The notes beneath the pieces were generated by a model. The model saw nothing but the letters and a program-made list of their open reading frames with translations. It ran no database searches and was not told the origin of the DNA. The position numbers and the translations under genes are program-made. Positions 49,206 to 58,119 of a stretch of 64,000 nt of DNA are shown here, piece by piece (the first letter of the stretch is position 1; each line of letters begins with the position of its first letter). Location of the stretch: positions 1,328 to 65,327 of the forward strand of contig JACCRT010000015.1 in NCBI GenBank assembly GCA_013813355.1. The letters run 5' to 3'. Origin of the DNA: Acidobacteriota bacterium (GTDB taxonomy: Bacteria; Acidobacteriota; Vicinamibacteria; Vicinamibacterales; 2-12-FULL-66-21).

Positions 49206-50024
49206 TCATTTACGTTTTCGCGGGGCCCCACCCTCGCGACTGTGCCTTCGCGCCTGCGGCGCTCGGCGTTCATCGGCCACCGATCCGCTGTCACCGCGAC
49301 TCTGCGGGGCCCTCCGCGGCAGCTGGGGCTTTGCGGTTTTCTGAATCTTCGGCCCCAACGCCCGGTAATAATCGCACTCCGCGCGGACGGCGCACCTATC
49401 GCAGAGCGGCTTCGGCTTGCAGATGCGGCGGCCGTGGAGGATGAGCGTGTCGGACGTCTTCGTCCACTCGGCAGGCGGCATGGCCGCGCCCAGCTGTTGT
49501 TCGACAACTTCGGGATCCTCCGAGCGCGCGATGCCGATCCGGTTGGCGACGCGCAGCACGTGACGATCGACCGGCAGGCCCGGGATGCCGAGTGCATGAC
49601 CGAGAACGACATTGGCCGTCTTGCGCCCCACCCCCGGCAGCGTCACCAGTTCCTCCATCGTCTTTGGCACCTCGCCGCCGTGCTCTTCGACGACGGCGGC
49701 AGCCATGCCGGTGAGCGAACGCGATTTGGCGCGGAAGAAACCGGTGGACTGGATCTGCGGCTCGAGTTCGTCGGTGGACGCCCTGGCGAGCGCGCGCGCA
49801 TCCGGGTAGCGCCTGAACAGCGCCGGCGTGACCTGGTTCACCCGCTCGTCGGTGCACTGCGCCGAGAGGATGGTCGCGACGAGGAGCTCGTAAGGAGTCG
49901 TGAAGTTCAGCTCGGTGTCGGCGTTGGGGTGCTGTGCGCCGAGCTTCCGGAGGATGCGACGCGTCTCGGTCACTGTCTTGCCGGGAGAGGGGAGGACCTT
50001 GCCCGCGACCGGCCGCTTCACCAT
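49206..50024 (-). CDS. nth: endonuclease III
   Basis: HhH motif LPGVGRKTANVVL and 4Fe-4S cluster loop CKPKPLCDRCAVRAEC. A basic C-terminal tail is present. Confidence 0.9.
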   Translation of the reverse strand: MVKRPVAGKVLPSPGKTVTETRRILRKLGAQHPNADTELNFTTPYELLVATILSAQCTDERVNQVTPALFRRYPDARALARASTDELEPQIQSTGFFRAKSRSLTGMAAAVVEEHGGEVPKTMEELVTLPGVGRKTANVVLGHALGIPGLPVDRHVLRVANRIGIARSEDPEVVEQQLGAAMPPAEWTKTSDTLILHGRRICKPKPLCDRCAVRAECDYYRALGPKIQKTAKPQLPRRAPQSRGDSGSVADERRAPQARRHSREGGAPRKRK

Positions 50025-50125
50025 ACGGCCCTATTGTAGGCCAGCGGCAGCCACAGACGGGGGCAAGAGGAGTTCAGGGGATCAAGAACTCCTCAAAAAC
50101 TGATCTTTTGATCTCGTGTCAACAC

Positions 50126-50251
50126 TCAACGCGTGCCGCTGCCCTTCGGGGGCACCGCGGTCAGCAGCGCGATGAGCGCCTTGTCACCCTGGATGCGCGA
50201 GGTACCGACGACCACTGTCTCGCCGACGTCCATCCGGAAACTGGCATCCAT
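50126..50251 (-). CDS. candidate small ORF (41 aa; 35 aa if started at ATG 50233)
   Basis: MDASFRMDVGETVVVGTSRIQGDKALIALLTAVPPKGSGTR. About 85 percent of third positions are G/C. It lies 27 nt downstream of the DUF3467-like gene on the same strand and is below the 60-aa cut-off of the ORF track. Confidence 0.35.
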   Translation of the reverse strand: MDASFRMDVGETVVVGTSRIQGDKALIALLTAVPPKGSGTR

Positions 50252-50278
50252 CCCCCGGGTGGGGACGTGTTGGTGGGG

Positions 50279-50593
50279 TTAATGAACCGGTCCTTTATCC
50301 CAGCTGTTGCCCGTCGATTCCGAATACACCCGCATATGTTCCTGCAGGGCGGCGATCAGATTCGGGATGACCTGGAGCGGCACCACCACTTTCGCCCGTA
50401 CCGGCGCCTTGACCACGTGGTCGGACTCAGCCGCCTTGATGTCTTGCTCCGACAACGGCAGCACTTCGCAGAAGGCGAGGGTGAAATCAAACGGCGTGTG
50501 GGAAATCGCGCAGAAATTCGCGTAGGTGCGCGGCAGGTCGTCAGGGTCGTCGGGGACGATGGTGAAGTTGATCTGTTTGCGCTCGTTGCTCAT
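50279..50593 (-). CDS. DUF3467-like small protein
   Basis: MSNERKQINFTIVPDDPDDLPRTYANFCAISHTPFDFTLAFCEV resembles the DUF3467 family. Confidence 0.7.
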   Translation of the reverse strand: MSNERKQINFTIVPDDPDDLPRTYANFCAISHTPFDFTLAFCEVLPLSEQDIKAAESDHVVKAPVRAKVVVPLQVIPNLIAALQEHMRVYSESTGNSWDKGPVH

Positions 50594-50612
50594 GCCACGG
50601 ACTCTACCACCG

Positions 50613-50679
50613 AACGTCAGGTAACGTCAGGTGTCACGAATCGACGCGGATTACACGGAGGGACACGGATTTACACGGA
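50613..50679. promoter_or_regulatory. phased direct repeats: 2x AACGTCAGGT tandem (50613-50632) and 3x CACGGA at a 10-bp period (50654, 50664, 50674)
   Basis: Read directly. They lie between the lexA stop and the DUF3467-like gene start, and overlap a TAGAGT-N7-ATG promoter. Confidence 0.5.
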
Positions 50680-50711
50680 TAAAACGAGCGCAAGGCGTCG
50701 GACTTTCGATC

Positions 50712-51317
50712 TCAGTACCGGCGCATGACACCGACGACGACGCCTTGGACCTGGACCTGATCGGCGGCCACGAGAATCGGCTGCATCGCCGGGTTGGCCG
50801 GCTGGAGGCGGATGCGGCCGTGCTCGCGGTACAGCTTCTTCAGCGTGACATCGGCGCCGTTCAGCAGCGCAATGACCATCTCGCCATTGTCGGCAGTGTG
50901 CCGATCCTCGACGATCACGTAGTCGCCGTCCCGGATCTGCTCGTCGATCATCGAGTCGCCCTTGACGCGAAGCACGTAGGTGTCGCGCTTGCCGACCATG
51001 TCTTCGGGCACGGCGATCGTATCGCCGCCGACGACCGCCTCGATCGGGGAGCCAGCGGCAACGTAGCCGAGCATGGGCAGCTCGACCGCTCTTCCGCCCG
51101 TCCGCATCGGCACCATCTCGACGGATCGGCTGCGATTCCAGGACCGCCGGATGAACCCCTTTTCCTCCAGGTTCGTCAGGTGTTTGTGCACCGTCGCGAG
51201 TGAGGACAACCCGAACTTGCGACCAATTTCCTCCAGGCTCGGGGCATAGCCGTGCTGCTGGATGAACTCGTTGAGGTAGTCGAGGATCTCGCGCTGGCGC
51301 TTGGTCAGTGGCAGCAT
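50712..51317 (-). CDS. lexA: LexA repressor
   Basis: N-terminal winged HTH, Ala-Gly cleavage site VAAGSP, and catalytic Ser (KGDSM) and Lys (TLKKL). Confidence 0.95.
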   Translation of the reverse strand: MLPLTKRQREILDYLNEFIQQHGYAPSLEEIGRKFGLSSLATVHKHLTNLEEKGFIRRSWNRSRSVEMVPMRTGGRAVELPMLGYVAAGSPIEAVVGGDTIAVPEDMVGKRDTYVLRVKGDSMIDEQIRDGDYVIVEDRHTADNGEMVIALLNGADVTLKKLYREHGRIRLQPANPAMQPILVAADQVQVQGVVVGVMRRY

Positions 51318-51323
51318 GCGCGC

Positions 51324-51352
51324 ACTATAGACAAAGGAAAAGCGAAAGTCAA
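51324..51352 (-). promoter_or_regulatory. lexA promoter TTGACT-N17-TATAGT, with the -10 element 6 nt from ATG 51317 (leaderless-type)
   Basis: Minus-strand reading: TTGACT at 51352-51347, TATAGT at 51329-51324, then GCGCGC and ATG. Confidence 0.6.
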
Positions 51353-51373
51353 CGTTTTGTGTACAATCGACCG

Positions 51374-51982
51374 ATGAAATCCCGTGGTCTCCCGGGGCTG
51401 GTCCTCGCGCTGGCCCTCACGCCTCTCCTCATCGCACAGACGCCCGCCAACCGAAAGGACGCCGACGCGTTCCAGGCGAAGCTCACGCACATCGTCGAGT
51501 ATGGCAACGTGCCGCCGCCCAAGGCGGCTAAGCCCGTCACCCGGCACACGAAGGTGAGCGACGCCGAAGTGAACGCCTACCTGCGCATCCACGCTACCGA
51601 GCAGATCCCCCTTGGGGTCGTGGACCCGACGATCAACGCGATGGGTGACGGCCGAGTCTCAGGCAGCGCAATCGTGGACCTCGATGCGGTCCGCAAGTCG
51701 AAGGAGCGCGGCTGGATGGACCCGATGGGATACCTCACGGGCCGGATGCCCCTCACGGCGTCGGGGCGCCTGACCACGAAGAACGGGGTCGGCCGCTTCG
51801 AACTCGAATCCGCGGAGGTGTCGGGCGTGCCACTCCCGAAGACCGTGCTCCAGGAGCTTCTGACCTACTACTCGCGGACGCCGGACAATCCCTCCGGGAT
51901 CAACATGGACGATCCGTTCGAGCTGCCCTCACGGATCAAGGAGATCCAGGTCGCGCGCGGCAGCGCCACGATCGTGCAATGA
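51374..51982 (+). CDS. hypothetical exported protein
   Basis: Signal peptide MKSRGLPGLVLALALTPLLIAQ. TACAAT (51362-51367) lies 6 nt before the ATG. Confidence 0.6.
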   Translation: MKSRGLPGLVLALALTPLLIAQTPANRKDADAFQAKLTHIVEYGNVPPPKAAKPVTRHTKVSDAEVNAYLRIHATEQIPLGVVDPTINAMGDGRVSGSAIVDLDAVRKSKERGWMDPMGYLTGRMPLTASGRLTTKNGVGRFELESAEVSGVPLPKTVLQELLTYYSRTPDNPSGINMDDPFELPSRIKEIQVARGSATIVQ

Positions 51983-52024
51983 GCAGCAGGCAGCGGGCAG
52001 CGGGCAGTAGGCAGTAGGCAGTAG
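51983..52024. repeat. heptanucleotide tandem array GCAGCAG (GCAGCGG)x2 (GCAGTAG)x3
   Basis: Read directly. The array begins at the base after the TGA stop of the upstream gene and ends 19 nt before the recG ATG. Confidence 0.9.
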
Positions 52025-52042
52025 GGCAGACGCCTCTTTGCC

Positions 52043-54169
52043 ATGATCGGCCTCGAGACACCGCTCCAGTTCTTGAAGGGCGTCGGGCCGCGCCGCGCGG
52101 CCGACCTGCTACGCGTGGGCCTCGCGACGGTTGAGGACCTGCTCTACCGATTTCCCATCCGCTACGAGGATCGCGGCAGCTTCGCGACGATCTCGACGCT
52201 CCGCCCCGGCGCGTCGGCGTCGATCGCCGCCGAGGTCGTCGGCTGCGGCGTGCGCCCCACGCGGCGCCCGCGCTTCAGGATCTTCGAGTTGCTCGTGCGC
52301 GACGCCACTGGCTCGCTACGCGCCGTTTTCTTCAACCAGCCGTTCCTGGCCGACGTCTTCCGGCCGCATCAACGCGTGATCCTGTTCGGCAAGCTCGAGC
52401 TGACGTCGCACGGGCTGCAGATGCAGAACCCGCAGTACGAAATTCTGAAGGCCGAAGCAGACGTTCAGCCCGACGCCGCGCCGCTGGCAGCCGAGCCGGA
52501 GGAAGACACGCTGCACACCGGACGCATCGTGCCCGTGTACGAGAAGACCGGCACGCTGACGCCGAAGATGCAGCGGGCGATCGTGCACCGGACCCTCGCG
52601 GAAGTACCGCCGGACATCCCGGAGCCGCTTCCCGCGGACGTCCGTGCGCGACAGGGGCTTATCGATAGGCGCACGGCCATCCACGACGTCCACTTTCCGT
52701 CGGAAGGCACGGCCGTCGAGCAACTGAACGCCTTCCGCACGGCCGCGCACCGGCGGCTGATCTTCGAGGAGTTCTTCCTCTTCCAGCTCGGGCTGGTGCT
52801 GCGAAAGCGCAGGGCCGAGGCCGACCTGAAGCCCCGATCCGTCGTCATCACCGACGAGATCCGGGAAGCGGTCCGCCGCATCCTGCCGTTCAGGCTGACT
52901 GGCGATCAGAAGAAGGTCATCTTTGAAATCGTCAAGGATATGGAGCGGCCACAGCCCATGAACCGGCTGCTCCAGGGCGACGTCGGTTCCGGCAAGACCA
53001 TCGTCGCGCTCATGGCTGCCGTCGTCGCGATGGAGAATGGCTTCCAGGTCGCGTTCATGGCACCGACCGAGATACTGGCCGAGCAGCACTTCATCACCAT
53101 TCGCCGGCTGCTGGAATCGTCGCGGTTCCGCATTGCGCTCGTCACGGGCTCAACGGCCGCGAAGAAACGTCGCGAGGTCCAGGCGGAGCTGTCGGGCGGG
53201 TCCATCCACCTGGTCGTCGGCACCCATGCGCTCGTAGAGGACCCGGTCGGCTTCCGGGAACTCGGGCTCGTCATCATCGACGAGCAGCATCGCTTCGGCG
53301 TGCTGCAGCGGGCGAGCCTGCGGTCCAAGGGCGTGCATCCGGACGTGCTCGTCATGACGGCGACGCCGATCCCACGCACCCTGGCGCTGACGACCTACGG
53401 GGACCTCGACGTGTCGGTGATGCGCGAGATGCCACCGGGGCGCCAGCCCATCAAGACCACGGTCCGGCCCGAAGACCGGCGGCAGGAGATTTACGACTTC
53501 GTGAGGATGCAGGTCGACGCGGGCCGGCAGACATATGTGATTTACCCGCTGGTGGAGGAGTCCGAGAAGGTGGACCTGAAGGCGGCAACCGAGATGGCGG
53601 ATCACCTCGCGCAGGACATCTTTCCCCAGTACCGCGTCGGCCTGCTGCACGGCCGGCTGAAGCAGGATGCCAAGGAGCGCGTCATGGGTGCGTTCGCGCG
53701 GGGCGAGTTCGACATCCTCGTATCGACGACGGTCGTCGAAGTCGGTGTGGACGTGCCGAACGCCACCGTAATGCTCGTCGAGCACGCCGAGCGGTTCGGC
53801 CTGTCGCAGCTCCACCAGCTCCGCGGACGGGTTGGGCGCGGCCAGCACCAGTCCTACTGCATGCTCCTCTATCAATACCCACTGACCGACGATGCGCGGG
53901 AACGGCTGAAGGCGCTGACCGACACCACCGACGGCTTCGAGATTGCGGAACGCGACCTCGCGCTACGCGGTCCCGGTGACTTCTTCGGCACACGCCAGTC
54001 GGGCCTGCCGACGCTGCGGGTGGGGGACGTGCTGCGCGATCACGACATCATGGAGGCCGCCCGCCGCGAAGCGGTGGCCGCGCTGGACGACGAGAAACAG
54101 GCGGAGACGCTGGCGGCGTTCGTGCGAACCAGCTGGGAACAGCGGTTCGGGCTCGTCGGGGTGGGATGA
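52043..54169 (+). CDS. recG: ATP-dependent DNA helicase RecG
   Basis: Wedge-domain N-terminus, Walker A GDVGSGKT, and DEQH box. Confidence 0.95.
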   Translation: MIGLETPLQFLKGVGPRRAADLLRVGLATVEDLLYRFPIRYEDRGSFATISTLRPGASASIAAEVVGCGVRPTRRPRFRIFELLVRDATGSLRAVFFNQPFLADVFRPHQRVILFGKLELTSHGLQMQNPQYEILKAEADVQPDAAPLAAEPEEDTLHTGRIVPVYEKTGTLTPKMQRAIVHRTLAEVPPDIPEPLPADVRARQGLIDRRTAIHDVHFPSEGTAVEQLNAFRTAAHRRLIFEEFFLFQLGLVLRKRRAEADLKPRSVVITDEIREAVRRILPFRLTGDQKKVIFEIVKDMERPQPMNRLLQGDVGSGKTIVALMAAVVAMENGFQVAFMAPTEILAEQHFITIRRLLESSRFRIALVTGSTAAKKRREVQAELSGGSIHLVVGTHALVEDPVGFRELGLVIIDEQHRFGVLQRASLRSKGVHPDVLVMTATPIPRTLALTTYGDLDVSVMREMPPGRQPIKTTVRPEDRRQEIYDFVRMQVDAGRQTYVIYPLVEESEKVDLKAATEMADHLAQDIFPQYRVGLLHGRLKQDAKERVMGAFARGEFDILVSTTVVEVGVDVPNATVMLVEHAERFGLSQLHQLRGRVGRGQHQSYCMLLYQYPLTDDARERLKALTDTTDGFEIAERDLALRGPGDFFGTRQSGLPTLRVGDVLRDHDIMEAARREAVAALDDEKQAETLAAFVRTSWEQRFGLVGVG

Positions 54170-54274
54170 ACGGCGCTCTCGGAGCGGGGGGCGGACGCCG
54201 AGGGTCCGGGGAAACTGACGCCGAGGGTGCAGCGCGCTATCGCTGAGGGGGGCTCGTGTGGTGATGTGTCGATT

Positions 54275-54847
54275 ATGCGGATTATTGCCGGCAGGCTGAA
54301 GGGACGGCGGCTCGAGGCGCCGGATTGGGCGGGGTTGCGGCCGACCTCTGACAAGCTGCGGGAGACGCTCTTCAACGTGCTCGCGCCGCGGATGGATGGG
54401 GCACGCGTGCTCGACGGATATGCGGGGACCGGCGCGGTTGGCATCGAAGCCATCAGTCGTGGCGCCGCGCACGTGACGTTCGTCGAACGCGACCCGCGCG
54501 CCGTCCGGCTGATCGAGGGGAACCTGGAGCGCTGTGGCGTGCGGCGCCCGCCGTCGGGCTCACATACGCCGGACGGGCCCTATGCTATTATCCGCGCGGG
54601 GTTTGTACCCGCGGCTGAACGGCTGGCCGGCGCGGCGTTCGACGTGATCTTTCTCGACCCGCCCTACGGGGCCGAGGAGCTCACCACGGCCCTCGACCGA
54701 GCGGCGCCGCTGGTCCGCTCCGGCACGCTGCTGGTGCTGGAGCACGCGAGGCGGGACGCCACGCCGGGAGCGTGTGGGGGCCTCGCACGCACGCGAGAGC
54801 TGGTATCCGGCGACAGTGCGCTGGCATTCTATTCGCTGGTGGAGTAG
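54275..54847 (+). CDS. rsmD: 16S rRNA (guanine966-N2)-methyltransferase
   Basis: MRIIAGRLKGRRL N-terminus and DPPY motif (IFLDPPYG). Confidence 0.85.
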   Translation: MRIIAGRLKGRRLEAPDWAGLRPTSDKLRETLFNVLAPRMDGARVLDGYAGTGAVGIEAISRGAAHVTFVERDPRAVRLIEGNLERCGVRRPPSGSHTPDGPYAIIRAGFVPAAERLAGAAFDVIFLDPPYGAEELTTALDRAAPLVRSGTLLVLEHARRDATPGACGGLARTRELVSGDSALAFYSLVE

Positions 54848-54897
54848 GGGAGGCGGTGGCGCCCCGTCCGTTAACCCGTGAGAGGAGCAGGCCCCCG

Positions 54898-55401
54898 ATG
54901 ACCGACGTCATAGCCATCTACCCCGGCTCCTTCGACCCCCTGACCAACGGGCACGTCGACATCATCCGCCGCGGCTCCCGCCTCTTCGACCGCATCATCA
55001 TCGCCGTCCTGATCAACATCGAAAAAGCGCCGCTCTTTACCGTGCCGGAGCGCGTCGACATCGCGCGCGAGGCGTTCCGCGGGTGGGACAACGTCGAGGT
55101 CGACACCTTCGACGGCCTGCTCGTCGACTACGCACGGCGCAAAAAGGCCAGCGTGATCGTGCGCGGCCTCCGGGCCATCTCCGACTTCGAGTTCGAGATG
55201 CAGATGGCGCTGATGAACCGCCGCCTCAACGGCGATGTCGAAACCGTCTTCATGATGCCGGCAGAGCCGTATACCTATGTCAGCTCGCGGCTGGTGAAGG
55301 AAGTCGTCGCACTCGGCGGGTCGGTCCACGGCCTGGTCCCCGACTCGGTCGAGGAACGGCTGCGACAGAAGAAACTGGCGCGCGAAACGCTTCGCGCATG
55401 A
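54898..55401 (+). CDS. coaD: phosphopantetheine adenylyltransferase
   Basis: YPGSFDPLTNGHVDII motif. GAGAGGAG Shine-Dalgarno sequence upstream. Confidence 0.95.
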   Translation: MTDVIAIYPGSFDPLTNGHVDIIRRGSRLFDRIIIAVLINIEKAPLFTVPERVDIAREAFRGWDNVEVDTFDGLLVDYARRKKASVIVRGLRAISDFEFEMQMALMNRRLNGDVETVFMMPAEPYTYVSSRLVKEVVALGGSVHGLVPDSVEERLRQKKLARETLRA

Positions 55402-55426
55402 CGAGAGTGGCTGACCACCAACACAC

Positions 55427-56635
55427 ATGAAGCAGGAAGACATGCTAGCGGATCGCACGAAACGAATCTGCGTCTCCCCCACCATGAAGGTGGCGGCGGA
55501 GGCGCTGCGGCTGAAGGCCCAGGGCGTAGATGTCATCGACTTCGGGGCGGGGGAGCCCGACTTCCCGACCCCGGCCCACGTCGCGCAGGCGGCGCATGCC
55601 GCCATCGACGCGAACTTCACGAAATACACGACCAACTCCGGCACCGAGGAACTCAAGCGCGCCGTGTGCGATCGCTACCGGGCCGACTACGGTCTCGAAT
55701 GCACAACGGGCGAGGTCATCGCGACGGCCGGCGGCAAGCAGGCGCTTTACAACGCGGCCATGTGCCTCTTCGGCCAGGGCGACGAGGTGATCACGCACAT
55801 GCCCGGGTGGCCGACGCTGCTCGAGCAGATCAAGCTGGCCGATGCGACGCCCGTGGTCGTCCGCACGCACGCCGAGGACGGTTTTTGCGTCCGGGCCGAG
55901 CCGATCCTCTCGGCCATCACCCCGCGGACGCGCGGCATCATCATCAACTCACCGGGCAACCCGACCGGTGCGCTCATCGACGAAGAGTCCCTGGCCGCCG
56001 TGGCCGACGAGGCCGCGCGGCGCGGCATCTGGATTCTGCTGGACCTCTGTTACGAGAAGCTGATCTACGATGCGACCGCGCACAACCTGCCAGGCGTCCT
56101 CGCCAGGCGGATGCGCGACCGCACCGTCCTTTGCGGATCGGCCTCCAAGGCATACGCGATGACGGGGTGGCGCTGCGGCTGGATGGTGGGTCCCCCGGCA
56201 CTCGTCAGCGCGTGCAACGCCCTCCAGAGCCACTCGACGTCGAACGTCTGCTCGATCACCCAGAAGGCCGTCGTCGCCGCGCTCAACGGGCCCCAGGCCT
56301 GCGTCACCGAGATGCTCGACGAATACCGCCGCCGACGGGACCAGGTCTGCGAGTGGCTCGCCGAGGAGCCGCGCATCCGCCTGCAGAAGCCCGCGGGTGC
56401 GTTCTACCTCTTCCCGGACGTGTCGGATTTTCTCTCACCCGACGGCATTCGCACGACCGCGGACCTGGCGCAGGCGCTCCTCGATGAACAGCGCGTCGCC
56501 ATCACACCCGGCGAGGCGTTTGACGCACCAGGGTTCATTCGTATTTCGTACGCCACGTCGATGGGCACGCTCGAACGCGGCACTGAGCGCATCATCGAGT
56601 ACGTCCGGACCCTGTCAGCAACCCTGCCCGCATAG
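55427..56635 (+). CDS. class I pyridoxal-phosphate-dependent aminotransferase (aspartate aminotransferase-like)
   Basis: PLP-lysine context SASKAYAMTGWRCGW and NPTGA. Confidence 0.85.
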   Translation: MKQEDMLADRTKRICVSPTMKVAAEALRLKAQGVDVIDFGAGEPDFPTPAHVAQAAHAAIDANFTKYTTNSGTEELKRAVCDRYRADYGLECTTGEVIATAGGKQALYNAAMCLFGQGDEVITHMPGWPTLLEQIKLADATPVVVRTHAEDGFCVRAEPILSAITPRTRGIIINSPGNPTGALIDEESLAAVADEAARRGIWILLDLCYEKLIYDATAHNLPGVLARRMRDRTVLCGSASKAYAMTGWRCGWMVGPPALVSACNALQSHSTSNVCSITQKAVVAALNGPQACVTEMLDEYRRRRDQVCEWLAEEPRIRLQKPAGAFYLFPDVSDFLSPDGIRTTADLAQALLDEQRVAITPGEAFDAPGFIRISYATSMGTLERGTERIIEYVRTLSATLPA

Positions 56636-56674
56636 GCCCGATCGTCGCTGTCGGGCCGTGCACCGGCCTCGCCC

Positions 56675-58090
56675 GTGTCGATGAACCTCGCCCACATGAC
56701 CACCCTCACGCCAGAGTTCGTCATCGGCCTCCGGGACCTGCTTGGTCCGGCCTACGTCCGGACCGACGAGGCCACGCGCACTGCGTACGGCGTCGATGCG
56801 CTGAAGCGCGGCACGCCGGCGGACGTCGTCGTCCTGCCGGCGAACACGGCGGAAGTGGCCGGCGTGGTAAAGCTGTGCGCGCAGTACCGCGTGCCGGTCG
56901 TGCCGCGCGGCGCCGGCACCGGCTACACCGGAGGCGCGGTGCCCATCAGGGGAGGCGTCGTCCTCTCGCTCGAGCGGTTGAACCGACTCCTCGAGATCGA
57001 CGAAGCCAACCTCGTCGCCGTCGTCGAACCCAACGTCGTCACGGGCGACCTGCAGGAGGCGGTGGAGAAGGTTGGGCTCTTCTATCCCCCTGACCCGGCG
57101 TCGCTGAAGCAGTCGGTCATCGGCGGCAACGTCGCCGAGAACGCCGGCGGGCCGCGCGCGTTCAAGTACGGCACGACGAAGCAGTACGTGCTGGGGCTCG
57201 AGGCCGTGCTCCCCACCGGCGAGATCATCGAAACCGGCGGCAAGGTCGTGAAGAATGTCGTGGGCTACGACCTGACGCACCTGCTGGTCGGCTCAGAGGG
57301 CACGCTGGCGATCATCACGAAGATCATCCTGCGGCTCGTGCCGAAGCCGCCCGTGCAGGCGACGCTCCGCGCGACGTTTTCGAGCGTCGAGGCGGCCGTC
57401 GAGGCGGTGAGCGCAATCGTTCGCAACCGCGTCGTGCCGGCGGCACTGGAGCTCATCGACGGCGAGTCGCTCGAGGCCGTGGCGCAGAATCTGGGGGTCC
57501 GATCGCTGGCGCCGGAGGGGACGGTTGCGCTCCTCCTCCTCGACGTGGACGGCGTGCCCGCCGCCGTGACCGAGGAGGCGGCGCGTGTGGAGGCCGCCTG
57601 CCTGGCGGCGGGGGCGACCGAGGTCCTGCACGCACGCGACGAGTCCGAACGCGAGGAACTCTGGCGCGTGCGACGGGAATTGTCGCTGTCGCTAAAGCTG
57701 GTGGCGCCGCTCAAGTTCAACCACGACCTGGTCGTCCCCAAAGGGCGCATTCCGGAGCTGTTTGCCCTCGTGCGGCAGGTGCGCGAGGACTTCCGCCTCC
57801 GCATCCCCTGTTTCGGGCACGCGGGCGACGGCAACATTCACGTGAACATCATGGTGGATCCGGATGATGCGGACGAGATCGCGAGGGCGCACAAAGCGGA
57901 GCACGTGCTGTTCAGCGGGGTGATCGCGCTGGAGGGGGCGATCAGCGGCGAGCACGGTATCGGCTTCTCGAAGATGCCGTTCATGCCGCTGGCGCTGTCG
58001 CCGGAGGAGATCGCGCTGATGAAACGTGTCAAGGCGGCCTTCGACCCGTTGGGGATCCTGAATCCGGGGAAGATGTTTCCGGAGAGCTGA
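56675..58090 (+). CDS. FAD-linked oxidase (glycolate oxidase GlcD-like)
   Basis: PCMH FAD-binding motif VVPRGAGTGYTGGAVP, and C-terminal GEHGIG. Confidence 0.85.
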   Translation: MSMNLAHMTTLTPEFVIGLRDLLGPAYVRTDEATRTAYGVDALKRGTPADVVVLPANTAEVAGVVKLCAQYRVPVVPRGAGTGYTGGAVPIRGGVVLSLERLNRLLEIDEANLVAVVEPNVVTGDLQEAVEKVGLFYPPDPASLKQSVIGGNVAENAGGPRAFKYGTTKQYVLGLEAVLPTGEIIETGGKVVKNVVGYDLTHLLVGSEGTLAIITKIILRLVPKPPVQATLRATFSSVEAAVEAVSAIVRNRVVPAALELIDGESLEAVAQNLGVRSLAPEGTVALLLLDVDGVPAAVTEEAARVEAACLAAGATEVLHARDESEREELWRVRRELSLSLKLVAPLKFNHDLVVPKGRIPELFALVRQVREDFRLRIPCFGHAGDGNIHVNIMVDPDDADEIARAHKAEHVLFSGVIALEGAISGEHGIGFSKMPFMPLALSPEEIALMKRVKAAFDPLGILNPGKMFPES

Positions 58091-58119
58091 TTTCTCTGTC
58101 AGAGCAAGTGACTGGGAAG

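Noticed and set aside
50067-50094. The GAGGAGTTC/GAACTCCTC hairpin as an intrinsic terminator between the small ORF and nth.
   Set aside because: On the transcribed (minus) strand the T-run precedes the stem rather than following it. On the plus strand an A-run follows the stem. It is better explained as a degenerate member of the octad-hairpin repeat family.
51318-51373. An SOS (LexA) box in the lexA upstream region.
   Set aside because: I found no match to the motif families I know (CTGT-N8-ACAG, GAAC-N4-GTTC, GTTC-N7-GTTC, RGTAC-N3-DGTWC). TTGTGTACAA and AACGTT are only short partial palindromes. The binding motif for this lineage cannot be called from one locus.
54195-54262. The direct repeat GACGCCGAGGGT (x2) and a third copy of GCTGAGGGGGC-like sequence upstream of rsmD.
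   Set aside because: These are short GC-rich matches that could arise by chance in this composition. No associated hairpin with a T-tract or codon run was seen.
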